Made by a program: the position numbers and the translations under genes. The notes under the pieces are model-generated. The model had not been told where the DNA came from. It searched no databases and saw only the letters and a list, made by a program, of their open reading frames with translations. From Microgenomates group bacterium (GTDB lineage Bacteria > Patescibacteriota > Microgenomatia > UBA12405), in assembly GCA_049303675.1 (NCBI GenBank), contig JBAQNJ010000001.1, positions 7,494 to 71,493 of the forward strand: a stretch of DNA of 64,000 bases, given 5' to 3'. Positions 26,580-35,683 of this stretch are shown piece after piece (within the stretch, counting starts at the first letter, position 1; every line of letters starts with the position of its first letter).

Positions 26580-26674
26580 TTTCTCTGCCTTAGTCGCTAG
26601 CCAAATCGGACCTGCGTGGTAGAAGTGATGATTCATTTCATCATTTTTACCCTCAGGTCCGTGCAAGTTTAAAT

Positions 26675-27664
26675 TTAACGTTTGGCAAATTTTGTTTTTA
26701 CTGCCCATGCTGTCCACGATTTTTCCAAAAATATTCCGTGAGATTCATTCAAGTAGCCGGCCGCTGCACTCTTGGCACGTTCAGTTATTTTAGAACCGTC
26801 CCCAAAGATACCACTCTCTCCTGTCACTGTTGTAGCACCTATTTCCGTCAACAAATAAGCCATTTGTTTCTCAGGGGAGTCCAGACCTTCCTCACTTAGT
26901 TGAGGACTTATTCTTTCAAATCCATCCATCATCTTGTCCAACATATTCAAGGGCAATTTCTCATCTTTATACTTCACGGCCAAGGAAGCAAAGAATGATG
27001 GCAACCATCGGTAACACTCAGGCTCTCCCAAATACTTCGGAAAGTCGAGCGGGATTTCATCTAATGATTCCTTATCATAAATGTCCACTAATAACTTTAT
27101 CTTCTCTAAATCACCATCTTGTTCATTCCACACAGCAATTAGCTCAGAAAAGATTCTCAAGTTAGGATCATTCACATCAATTTTGTTTTTTGCGCAATAA
27201 TTTTTCAAGGCAATATGAGAATATTCATGTCGACACTTCCTTCTAAAGATTTCCCATTTATCGACACCCTCATTCTCGCTCTCGACTTCTAACGCGGCCA
27301 TGTTAATTAAAACCACCCCATCGGTGACTAACTTGTCACTTTCCAATCTATTGATACTTGCTGAAGCACAGGCCATGCCTATGTTTTCCTGTTCTCCATT
27401 CACAATCACCACACCGATATTTCCTAAATTGATATTTTCCAATCCAAAAAAGTTCGCCACATTCTGTCGCTCCACTTCTACAATACTTGATGTTTCTGCC
27501 CATCTAGACTCTTCAACTCCACAACTATTGTGGAATATGACCGGATTTTCTTCATCGCCCACATAACGCGAATCTTTGATTACTTGATTAATTTTGTCGT
27601 CAAACTGCAACTTCTCTACCGAAACTGATTTCGCATCGAGCTTACCCATCCCCCATTCTAACAT
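26675..27664 (-). CDS. hypothetical protein with HExxH (zinc-metallopeptidase-like) motif
   Basis: ...KCRHEYSHIALKNY... 329 aa, no signal peptide. Confidence 0.45.
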   Translation of the reverse strand: MLEWGMGKLDAKSVSVEKLQFDDKINQVIKDSRYVGDEENPVIFHNSCGVEESRWAETSSIVEVERQNVANFFGLENINLGNIGVVIVNGEQENIGMACASASINRLESDKLVTDGVVLINMAALEVESENEGVDKWEIFRRKCRHEYSHIALKNYCAKNKIDVNDPNLRIFSELIAVWNEQDGDLEKIKLLVDIYDKESLDEIPLDFPKYLGEPECYRWLPSFFASLAVKYKDEKLPLNMLDKMMDGFERISPQLSEEGLDSPEKQMAYLLTEIGATTVTGESGIFGDGSKITERAKSAAAGYLNESHGIFLEKSWTAWAVKTKFAKR

Positions 27665-27706
27665 TTACCCAATTCAAAATATCTTTTTTCCCATCTTCCC
27701 CTTATT

Positions 27707-27741
27707 CTGTTAACTGTTGACTGTAAACTGTTAACTGACAT
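27707..27741. repeat. tandem heptamer array (CTGTTAA/CTGTTGA/CTGTAAA/CTGTTAA/CTGACAT)
   Basis: In the divergent intergenic region between the HExxH gene and the excisionase-type HTH gene. Confidence 0.7.
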
Positions 27742-27768
27742 ATTGACCTAGTAGTATGCTCTATGTTT

Positions 27769-27790
27769 TAATGATTATAGTTAATCATTA
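27769..27790. promoter_or_regulatory. 22-bp perfect palindrome (TAATGATTA-tagt-TAATCATTA), probable operator
   Basis: 25 bp upstream of the HTH gene start. Confidence 0.5.
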
Positions 27791-27814
27791 CATTGATACT
27801 AGAGGAGCCACCCC

Positions 27815-28072
27815 ATGGACGAACAAACCCTATCACAAGACAAACTTGTGAAACAAAATCCTGCTCCAAAAAAAATTAACGGAGTCAGTATCGACAATCT
27901 CCCCGACCTCCTAACCGTCGCCGAGGTCGCCGACCTACTTCGCGTATCAAAATTGACCATCAAGCGTTGGGGTAAGCGCGGCAAACTACCCGCCATTCGC
28001 ATCAACGCCCGCGGTGATCGCCGATACCGCAAAGAAGCCGTTCTCTGGCTACTGGGAATTCAAACCGAATAA
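27815..28072 (+). CDS. excisionase/MerR-type helix-turn-helix DNA-binding protein
   Basis: ...LLTVAEVADLLRVSKLTIKRWGKRGKLPAIRINARGDRRYRKEAV... matches the Xis/HTH_17 pattern. Confidence 0.7.
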   Translation: MDEQTLSQDKLVKQNPAPKKINGVSIDNLPDLLTVAEVADLLRVSKLTIKRWGKRGKLPAIRINARGDRRYRKEAVLWLLGIQTE

Positions 28073-28129
28073 GAGACTTCTTTTACCTTCTAAGGGGTCA
28101 GTTTAATCGCTGGCTCCTTTTTTGGATAT

Positions 28130-28402
28130 TTACAATGTTTTTAATCCATCAAACAACACCTTTTTCATCAATGCTTGATATGAAATATCAATCAGATTTG
28201 CTTTTACTTTATAATCCTCTACCAACCCCACCGGCAATCTGATTGTCATCGGCTTTGAAGTTAATTTTAGATTTGGAAATTTGGCTCCCCTTTTTGCCAT
28301 TGACCAGTCAACATAATCAACTGAACTATGAGTCATCCAAAATTTAGATTCCTCGTTTTCATTCTTAAATTTTGGAATTAGTTTTAATGCTTTATTTTTC
28401 AT
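28130..28402 (-). CDS. BrnA-like antitoxin (COG3514), no adjacent BrnT
   Basis: ...ESKFWMTHSSVDYVDW...KPMTIRLPVGLVEDYKVKANLIDISYQALMKKVL... parallels BrnA (FWDTHD...tiRLd...giPYQtLI). Confidence 0.55.
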   Translation of the reverse strand: MKNKALKLIPKFKNENEESKFWMTHSSVDYVDWSMAKRGAKFPNLKLTSKPMTIRLPVGLVEDYKVKANLIDISYQALMKKVLFDGLKTL

Positions 28403-28465
28403 ATAAATTTCTCTCCTTATTGTTCGCCATTCTGGCTGAAATAATTATAACTTTATTTTGTCAAG

Positions 28466-28804
28466 TTATAAAAACCTCGCCAAAATAATCATCGAACTCA
28501 GTGCCATCCCAATTCCCACATACTCCGTTACCGACAATTTTTCTCCAAACATAAATACCCCCATAAATACAAATACCACCATTCCTAATATTGAATAAAC
28601 CACTCCCGACAACGAAAACTTGGTCATCCGATAAATCATCACCCACATATATGCCGTCATCATATACATCACCAGTCCGATATAAAAATCTACGTTCATA
28701 AATCTGGCAGCATGATCATTCGCCTTTTTTAAAAACGAATCCCCCACCACTGTAAACAATGTCGTCGCCATAATTGCTATCAGTACCCTAAAACTATGCA
28801 TCAC
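28466..28804 (-). CDS. 4-TM EamA/SMR-like small membrane transporter (DMT superfamily, ArnE-like)
   Basis: 112 aa, four hydrophobic helices, TTLFTVVGDSFLKKA first-helix motif. Confidence 0.55.
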   Translation of the reverse strand: MMHSFRVLIAIMATTLFTVVGDSFLKKANDHAARFMNVDFYIGLVMYMMTAYMWVMIYRMTKFSLSGVVYSILGMVVFVFMGVFMFGEKLSVTEYVGIGMALSSMIILARFL

Positions 28805-28820
28805 CTATCTTACACTACAA

Positions 28821-29087
28821 TTATTTCAGAAAATACATTATCACCATTCCTACCAAAATCCCCAAAACAAACATCGACATTCCATTACCATTCTTGTTTT
28901 CAATTCCTGCTGACCCAAAACTTGTCTCCAAACTTTCGGTCTTCTTCTCGCTTACTGAATTTGAAATATCAGACAATTGGCCCATCGCTTGGTCATAAGA
29001 TTGTCTCGTCTGCACATCCATTTCTTCAACCGAGCCATAAGACTTCCCGTTTACTGTAATATTTGTCGTCGATTTGGTTATTTTCAT
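28821..29087 (-). CDS. hypothetical small protein with C-terminal TM
   Basis: 88 aa, intact ORF. Confidence 0.35.
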   Translation of the reverse strand: MKITKSTTNITVNGKSYGSVEEMDVQTRQSYDQAMGQLSDISNSVSEKKTESLETSFGSAGIENKNGNGMSMFVLGILVGMVIMYFLK

Positions 29088-29094
29088 AAGATTA

Positions 29095-30069
29095 TTATAC
29101 CGTCACCCTCCCCCGACTTGTTCTCTTCACCAACCCCTTTTTCATCAAATAAGGTTCATATACATCCATAATTGTCTCTACATCTTCTGTCAGCGCCGCC
29201 GCAATATTTTCCACCCCCACTGGTCCGCCCCCATATTGATTTTTGACCACATCCAAATACCTCCTATCTGCATCCGATAAACCCAGCTCATCTACCCCCA
29301 ATTTTTCCAGTGCCTCCTTTGATTCCTGCCATTTAATCACTCCGTCTCCGGCTACCGTTGCATAATCCCTTACCCTCTTGAGCAGTCGGTTGGCAATTCT
29401 GGGTGTACCTCGCGACCGCTTGGCAATTTCTCGTGCTGCCAATGTCTCTATCCCTACTCCCAAAACTTTGGCTGTCCGCTCCACAATATTTTTCAAATTT
29501 TCCTCATCATAAAAATCAATTTGTTGAATTAGCCCAAACCGATCTCTCATCGGCGCTCCAATTAATCCAATCCGAGTGGTCGCCCCCACAATTGTAAATT
29601 TTTGCAATTTCAGTCTAACCGACCGTGCCGATGGCCCCTTGCCCAAGACAATATCCAAAGCATAATCCTCCATCGCACTATAGAGTGTCTCCTCCACAAT
29701 TTTATTGAGTCGATGAATTTCATCGATAAACAAAAAATCTCCCTTTTTCAAGCTAGTCAATATTGAGGCAAGGTCCCCTGCCCGAGTCAATGCCGGCCCT
29801 GATGTAATTTTGATATTCGATCCCATTTCTGAGGACAACAGCATCGCCAAAGTCGTCTTACCCAAACCAGGCGGCCCATAAAACAATATATGATCCAATG
29901 GCTCCCCTCGTGATTTAGCTGCTCGAATAAACACATCCAACTGATCCTTCAACTTTGGCTGACCAATAAACTCACTCAATCCTTTGGGTCGAATCGACAA
30001 TTCAATCTCCTTGTCTTCAACTTTTTTTGTGGGATCCAAATTATTATCTATATTTTTTGTATTATTCAT
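29095..30069 (-). CDS. ruvB: Holliday junction branch-migration ATPase RuvB
   Basis: [12 protein letters not shown]..., [11 protein letters not shown] Walker A, AAA+ body. Confidence 0.95.
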   Translation of the reverse strand: MNNTKNIDNNLDPTKKVEDKEIELSIRPKGLSEFIGQPKLKDQLDVFIRAAKSRGEPLDHILFYGPPGLGKTTLAMLLSSEMGSNIKITSGPALTRAGDLASILTSLKKGDFLFIDEIHRLNKIVEETLYSAMEDYALDIVLGKGPSARSVRLKLQKFTIVGATTRIGLIGAPMRDRFGLIQQIDFYDEENLKNIVERTAKVLGVGIETLAAREIAKRSRGTPRIANRLLKRVRDYATVAGDGVIKWQESKEALEKLGVDELGLSDADRRYLDVVKNQYGGGPVGVENIAAALTEDVETIMDVYEPYLMKKGLVKRTSRGRVTV

Positions 30070-30093
30070 AAATCATATTTCTTAAATCATAAG

Positions 30094-30660
30094 TCATCTC
30101 CCTAAGTTCTGGAGACACCAACTCAACCTCTCTTCTAATTCGATTAGGTCACTAGGTAACTTTTTGACTACACTTTCAATTTCTTTTTTCTCAAATCCCA
30201 ATTGTTGCAAACTCAACACCAAATCATCCTCGAGTAACGGCAATTCGTCTTTAAGATTTAATTCCCCCAATCCCCCAATTTTTGACTTTAGATCAACGAT
30301 AATCCTTTGGGCAGTTTTCAACCCTATCCCTTTTAATTTCTTAAAAAAATCAACATCTGCCTCCCCAATTGCCCTGATAATTTCTATTGAGTTTTTCTCG
30401 GCCAAAATTCCTGCTGCTGTCTTGGGGCCCACTCCCGACACCGTAATCAACATTTTAAACAGATCCAAGTCTTCCGGTTTTTCAAACCCGTACAAACTCA
30501 TATCGGTTTCTGATACTGCCATATATGTAAAAATCTTTACACCTGTTCCTTCAATAAAATTTTTTTTACCCACAAATACCAGATAACCAACACCACTTAC
30601 ATCAATTTCAATATGATTCAAAAAGATTCGACTTACCACCCCTCTCAAACTACTAATCAT
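30094..30660 (-). CDS. ruvA: Holliday junction DNA helicase subunit RuvA
   Basis: MISSLRGVV N-terminus, HhH pairs (VSGVGPKTA). Confidence 0.9.
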   Translation of the reverse strand: MISSLRGVVSRIFLNHIEIDVSGVGYLVFVGKKNFIEGTGVKIFTYMAVSETDMSLYGFEKPEDLDLFKMLITVSGVGPKTAAGILAEKNSIEIIRAIGEADVDFFKKLKGIGLKTAQRIIVDLKSKIGGLGELNLKDELPLLEDDLVLSLQQLGFEKKEIESVVKKLPSDLIELEERLSWCLQNLGR

Positions 30661-30702
30661 AACTCATCATAACACCTACCTATGCCGAATAAAATACGAA
30701 GA

Positions 30703-31179
30703 CTAAATCTTCATAGTAAACCCATGGGTCAGCGCCACCGCTACTGCATCCGCTGCATGCGAAGGTGAGATACTTTGATCTAAATTCAACTCAGTCCGAA
30801 CCATTATTTCCACCTGCTCTTTCTCAGCTCTGCCATACCCCACCAATGCTTGCTTCACTTGAAGCGGAGTATATTCTGCCACTTCTAGTCCGTTTTTCTG
30901 ACCACATACCTTAATTACTCCAATCGCCTCCGCCACCTTCATTACCGACCTGGCATTTTTGGCAAAAAACAATGTCTCGATAGCCATTTCTGTTACCCCG
31001 AACTTTTTTATAATAATTTCCAATTCATCATAAATTTTACCCAATCTATCAGCGCTTTTATCTTTACTGTCAGTCACAATCACCCCACAATCTATCAATT
31101 CGTAATTCGTAATTTTTAATTCGTAATTAATTATCCCCCACCCAGTGTTTTCTAGTCCCGGATCAATGCCTAAAATCAT
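30703..31179 (-). CDS. ruvC: crossover junction endodeoxyribonuclease RuvC
   Basis: MILGIDPGLENTGWGI catalytic Asp N-terminus. Contains an in-frame NYELKITNYEL duplication encoded by AATTCGTAATT repeats. Confidence 0.9.
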   Translation of the reverse strand: MILGIDPGLENTGWGIINYELKITNYELIDCGVIVTDSKDKSADRLGKIYDELEIIIKKFGVTEMAIETLFFAKNARSVMKVAEAIGVIKVCGQKNGLEVAEYTPLQVKQALVGYGRAEKEQVEIMVRTELNLDQSISPSHAADAVAVALTHGFTMKI

Positions 31180-31212
31180 TTTTTCGTAATTCGTAATTTT
31201 TAATTCGTAATT
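31097..31212. repeat. clusters of AATTCGTAATT tandem motifs (one inside the ruvC 5' coding region, one in the ruvC upstream spacer)
   Basis: caattcgtaattcgtaatttttaattcgtaatta (31097-31130) and ttcgtaattcgtaatttttaattcgtaatta (31184-31212). Confidence 0.8.
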
Positions 31213-31997
31213 ATTTTAACACCATTCTCCACCCTACCATCATCATATAACGTGACTTCTGTATATCGAGGTGTCTGAGTATTCCTATCTCTTGATATCG
31301 CCCCCACCAATACCGTCTCCCAACCATCATTTGTATAGCTCGAAGCATAATGTAAATGTCCGGAATACCCTGTCACTATTCCATTGGTTACCAATATGTT
31401 TTTTAGCCACATGGCCTCATTGGCTGTCTCTAAACTATATTCCCCCATGACATGCTTCGACATAGTATTAAAAAGTGGCATATGCATTATGGCCACACAT
31501 TTAATTATTTTACACTCTGCTGACTCTTGCTCTATCCATATTTTTTGATCAGTCCCCAAACCTTGCCAATTACTATTATCTATCAACAATAATTTTATGC
31601 CATCAACTTTGACACTTTGATACTTTTCTCCAAATATCCACACTTTTTTATAATCATCGTGATTCCCTGGTACCTTATAAACTGGTATCTTCCATTTATC
31701 TGTCACCTCTTTCATTTTATTTTGCTCACCCATGGTCCCATTTATGGTCAGATCCCCTGCCAATACAATCATCTTAATTCCATCATTTTGCACCATATCG
31801 TAGACCTTTTGCAATGATTCCACATCATTGTGAATGTCTGCCATTATGGCAATTTTATTAATTATTTTATTGTTTTTTATTCTTGTTTCCAGTTTCACGT
31901 TTCTCGTTTCTACCGTTTTTATCTCTTTTTTCCTCGGCCAAAAAACAACTATTCCCACTATCGCTACCAAAACAAAAAATAGCCACCACTTTTTCAT
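31200..31997 (-). CDS. membrane-anchored calcineurin-like metallophosphoesterase
   Basis: N-terminal TM. IAIMADIHND...LAGDLT...GNHD metallophosphatase motifs. Confidence 0.8.
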   Translation of the reverse strand: MKKWWLFFVLVAIVGIVVFWPRKKEIKTVETRNVKLETRIKNNKIINKIAIMADIHNDVESLQKVYDMVQNDGIKMIVLAGDLTINGTMGEQNKMKEVTDKWKIPVYKVPGNHDDYKKVWIFGEKYQSVKVDGIKLLLIDNSNWQGLGTDQKIWIEQESAECKIIKCVAIMHMPLFNTMSKHVMGEYSLETANEAMWLKNILVTNGIVTGYSGHLHYASSYTNDGWETVLVGAISRDRNTQTPRYTEVTLYDDGRVENGVKIITN

Positions 31998-32116
31998 AAT
32001 TCATTTTACACCTTACTATATTATAAGAATTAAATTGTTTCCCCCACTTATCCACACGATATACCCATATTATATTACTCCAAGATAAAATAGTTATTTT
32101 GTTACTAACATACACC

Positions 32117-32155
32117 ATAATTCGTAATTAGTAATTCATAATTCGTAATTAAGTT
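32117..32155. repeat. AATTCGTAATT motif cluster upstream of murB
   Basis: ataattcgtaattagtaattcataattcgtaattaag. A TATAAT lies immediately before the murB ATG. Confidence 0.8.
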
Positions 32156-32165
32156 ATAATATATT

Positions 32166-33188
32166 ATGAATCTCTCCGACTTCCAGCAAAACATCCCCCT
32201 CGCCCCCTACACTACTCTAAAAATCGGTGGCCCCGCGCAATATCTAGCTATTGCCACGAAACAATCAGAATTATTTGAACTACTCAAGTTCCTCCATCAA
32301 AATCCTCACCTCCCCCAGACTATTTTGGGGTTAGGTTCTAATGTTGTTATATCAGACAGTGGTTTAAAGGGTCTTACTATAATAAACAAGGCCACTCAGA
32401 TAAAAATAACTGGTAACTCTGAACTCGTAACTGATAACTTTCAAGTTACCAACACCCAACGCCAAGAAAACGAACCCGAAAAGTATTTAGATTTTAATAA
32501 GATCGATTACGACGAATCTATTTATTCCACTCAAGAAGTCTTGATCCAGGCTGGTACCCCCCTCCCCTACGCTATCAATCATTTATTTACCCTTGGACTC
32601 ACCGGTCTTCAGTGGTTCTCCTACATCCCCAGCACCATTGGTGGCGCAGTCTACCAAAATATCCACGGTGGTAAATATCATTTTTCCGATTATATTGGCT
32701 CTGTCAAAGTATTTGACCTAACCACCGGCAAGACCAAATTGTTTAGAAAAGAAGAATTGACATGGCAATATGAGACTAGCTACTTTCAGCAACATCCCAA
32801 CTTAATCATTCTCTCAGTCCGGCTTCGGCTCTTCAAAGGTGATGTCAATTTGGCCAAACAAGTCTCCACAGCTTGGATTGCCCAAAAATCCCTAATCCAA
32901 CCTATGAATTCCTCAGGCTCTACTTTTGCTAACCCCTCTCTCAACGATTGTCTCCCTATCTGGGGAGAGCAAAAATCAGCTGGCTGGATAATCGACCATG
33001 AACTAAATCTCAAAGGATTCCACATCGGTGATGCCCAAATTTCTACTTTGCACAGCAATTTTTTTGTTAACACTGGACATGCCACTGCCACTGACTACAA
33101 AAAACTGGTTGAGCATGTCCAAAATGCAGTCTACAATAAGTTCAAAATAAAATTAATTCCCGAAGTCAAATTTTTGGGTGAGTTTTAA
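32166..33188 (+). CDS. murB: UDP-N-acetylenolpyruvoylglucosamine reductase
   Basis: LAPYTTLKIGGPAQYL N-terminus. FAD-binding and C-terminal MurB domains. Confidence 0.85.
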   Translation: MNLSDFQQNIPLAPYTTLKIGGPAQYLAIATKQSELFELLKFLHQNPHLPQTILGLGSNVVISDSGLKGLTIINKATQIKITGNSELVTDNFQVTNTQRQENEPEKYLDFNKIDYDESIYSTQEVLIQAGTPLPYAINHLFTLGLTGLQWFSYIPSTIGGAVYQNIHGGKYHFSDYIGSVKVFDLTTGKTKLFRKEELTWQYETSYFQQHPNLIILSVRLRLFKGDVNLAKQVSTAWIAQKSLIQPMNSSGSTFANPSLNDCLPIWGEQKSAGWIIDHELNLKGFHIGDAQISTLHSNFFVNTGHATATDYKKLVEHVQNAVYNKFKIKLIPEVKFLGEF

Positions 33189-33191
33189 ACT

Positions 33192-33455
33192 CTACAATAA
33201 CCCTGATTTATCAACATCCTTACTATTACGAACCCCAATTCCCTGAGCCTGATCCAATGATTTTCCAAAAGATGCTCCCAATACAATAGCCACCCTATTG
33301 GCAACACGATCGGCAACTATAATTACAGGTTCAATTATTGGTGCTACTACTAACAATAAATCTTCTCCAATGCTATTTCCAACACCACTTCTATCATGCG
33401 CAATAAATCGCATTTTATATCCCTTTAACTCATCAGGCAAATCTAAACCGTTCAT
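33192..33455 (-). CDS. questionable small ORF downstream of the tagA-like gene
   Basis: 87 aa, no motifs. Confidence 0.2.
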   Translation of the reverse strand: MNGLDLPDELKGYKMRFIAHDRSGVGNSIGEDLLLVVAPIIEPVIIVADRVANRVAIVLGASFGKSLDQAQGIGVRNSKDVDKSGLL

Positions 33456-34261
33456 TTTCCAAATAATACCATAAACATAAATTTTAGTAATTCGAATTTT
33501 CTTTTTCTTCTCCCCTTGTCAGTAAACAACGAATACAACCACTCTAACCCCATTTTTTGCATCCACCTTGGCGCTCGGGGCAATTCTCCCGAATAATAAT
33601 CAAACGTCCGTCCCAATCCAATCACCAATTCAACCCTGAGCTTGTCAAAATGGTCATTTATCCATAGTTCTTGTTTTTTCATGGCCCGACAGACAAACAA
33701 AAAATCAACACTTGTCTCGAAATCATAGTCTTCTGCCTGTGCCCCCACCACCTTTAACTTTGGATATTTTCTTAAAAAATATTCTGCTGTCCGCTGTGAT
33801 CTGTCGTCCCAACCTCCATAAAAGAAAACTGTCTTCCCTTTGGCCTGCGCCAACCGACACAAGTCATCTACTAGATCTACTCCGGTAATCACCTCATCAC
33901 CATATTTCCCCATCAACACTTTTACTCCCTCGCTAAAACCCACCATCAACTTTTTGACTTTTGACTTTTGACTTTTGACTTTCTTCGCCCATGCTAAACC
34001 AATTCCATCCACCACATTTATAGTAGTTCTATTTTGTAAAATTTTCATAAACTCCACATCCTTACGAGCATTCATCACAAATTCTGGATTTACCGTCGCT
34101 ATCCACACCGGAGTCTTTAGCTTATCCTTTGCCAAAATATCTAGCAGTAAGACCCTTGTTCTGCCAAATAGCGGAACACCACATATTTCCCAGTCCTTTA
34201 GCCCAAAATTACCTATCACTCTATCATTTTCTCGGCTACTTTTCTTTGGTTCTTGTATCAT
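33452..34261 (-). CDS. WecG/TagA/CpsF-family glycosyltransferase
   Basis: ...TVFFYGGWDDRSQRTAEYFLRKYPKLKVVGA... core typical of this family. Contains a (TTTTGAC)x4 heptamer microsatellite in-frame. Confidence 0.75.
   Translation of the reverse strand: MIQEPKKSSRENDRVIGNFGLKDWEICGVPLFGRTRVLLLDILAKDKLKTPVWIATVNPEFVMNARKDVEFMKILQNRTTINVVDGIGLAWAKKVKSQKSKVKKLMVGFSEGVKVLMGKYGDEVITGVDLVDDLCRLAQAKGKTVFFYGGWDDRSQRTAEYFLRKYPKLKVVGAQAEDYDFETSVDFLFVCRAMKKQELWINDHFDKLRVELVIGLGRTFDYYSGELPRAPRWMQKMGLEWLYSLFTDKGRRKRKFELLKFMFMVLFGK
33956..33983. repeat. (TTTTGAC)x4 heptanucleotide microsatellite inside a CDS
   Basis: ttttgacttttgacttttgacttttgac encodes KSKVKSQKS on the minus strand. Confidence 0.85.
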
Positions 34262-34557
34262 AGACTATATCAAACATTATCTATTTTTATTTTACCACTC
34301 ACTCCCACTTTTTGCTCCTCCAAAAACTATATCACATCCAGTCATATCTCCCTATATAATCAATATTATACAAGTCTATATAAATAACTATATCACTACC
34401 CATATCCAATAAACATATAAGATATTTGGCAAAAAATATACTCTCCGCCAAATATCAATTTTAGAATAATTTTATTGTACAAATATCAAACTAAAATTTA
34501 GCAAAAAACCCAAAAATAACACATGAAATTATTATGCAGTTATACTGTTGTTAATAG

Positions 34558-34588
34558 TCGTAATTCGTAATTAGTAATTCGTAATTTT
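34558..34588. repeat. AATTCGTAATT motif cluster
   Basis: agtcgtaattcgtaattagtaattcgtaatt in the spacer between the mreB stop and the tagA-like gene's upstream region. Confidence 0.8.
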
Positions 34589-34620
34589 TTATAAATTACA
34601 GGTTGTAATTTATAAATAGG

Positions 34621-35622
34621 TCATCGTATCGCTCGCCAGTATATATCCAAATTCTCGAGCGCTATCCCCGTCCCCCGAATTACACAAAATTGTGGCTCCG
34701 GCGCCACATGGGCCGACACCCCAATTTCCCGAGTTACCAAAACATTGAAGTTGCGCAGTAGTGATGTCCCTCCCGATAGAACTATTCCTCTATCAGCAAT
34801 ATCGGCCACCAACTCTGGAGGAGTAATTTCTAGAGTGTCACGAATCACCATGATAATACTACTGAGTATCGGCATAATCGCTTCATGAATTTGGTCCGAG
34901 TCAACTACTACCATTTTGGGTAACCCTGACACCGAGTCCCGACCGCTGACTTCCATTGTCTCAGGACGTTTTAGTTTGATAGCACTCCCAATTTTAATTT
35001 TAATTGCTTCCGATGTCTGTTCACCTACAATTAGATTGTGTTTCCGTTTTAGATAGTCAACGATAACTGCATCCAGCTTTACCCCACCTGTACGAACTGT
35101 TTTATGAGTCACTACCCCTCCCAAGGCAATTACCGCTGCTTCTGCTGCCCCACCCCCAATATCCACAATCATATTGCCATATGGCTCGGATACTGGAATT
35201 TTGGCCCCAATTGCCGCCGCTAACGGTTCATCAATCAAATAAGCTTTACGCGCTCCTGCCGAAATTGTCGCATCCATGACTGCCCGTTGTTCTACCTGAG
35301 TAACCCCAGCTGGCACACACACCATTACTTCTGGTCCGAGTATCCAGCCTCGTCCCATCACTTGACGCATAAAATACCTCATCATGGCCTCAGTTACCTC
35401 ATAATCAGCAATCACCCCATCCTCCATTGGTCTAATTACTTCTATATATTCCGGCGTCTTACCCAACATTTTCTTCGCTTCCTCACCCACCGCCAATATT
35501 TTACGATCATCCACTCCGATAGCTACAATTGTTGGTTCGTTCAAGACTACTCCCACTCCCTCCTCCCAGACCACCGAATTAGCCGTACCCAGATCAATGC
35601 CTAGTTTTTTGAATAGTTTCAT
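34621..35622 (-). CDS. mreB: rod shape-determining protein MreB
   Basis: LGIDLGTANSVV, actin-fold phosphate and adenosine motifs. 333 aa. Confidence 0.9.
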   Translation of the reverse strand: MKLFKKLGIDLGTANSVVWEEGVGVVLNEPTIVAIGVDDRKILAVGEEAKKMLGKTPEYIEVIRPMEDGVIADYEVTEAMMRYFMRQVMGRGWILGPEVMVCVPAGVTQVEQRAVMDATISAGARKAYLIDEPLAAAIGAKIPVSEPYGNMIVDIGGGAAEAAVIALGGVVTHKTVRTGGVKLDAVIVDYLKRKHNLIVGEQTSEAIKIKIGSAIKLKRPETMEVSGRDSVSGLPKMVVVDSDQIHEAIMPILSSIIMVIRDTLEITPPELVADIADRGIVLSGGTSLLRNFNVLVTREIGVSAHVAPEPQFCVIRGTGIALENLDIYWRAIR

Positions 35623-35683
35623 GTCAATTCATTATAACTATTTACTAGTCACTAATCACTATTCACTGTTCTATAATACTCAT

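Noticed and set aside
28130-28402. A complete BrnT/BrnA toxin-antitoxin pair.
   Set aside because: Only the BrnA-like antitoxin ORF is present. Neighbouring ORFs are an SMR-like membrane protein and an HTH protein. No approx. 90-aa BrnT-like ORF is adjacent.
31097-34588. Possible CRISPR array, given short direct repeats with AT-rich spacers.
   Set aside because: The units are 11-12 bp with 0-6 bp spacing and occur in several separate clusters. This does not fit a 25-40-bp repeat/spacer architecture. No cas genes are present.
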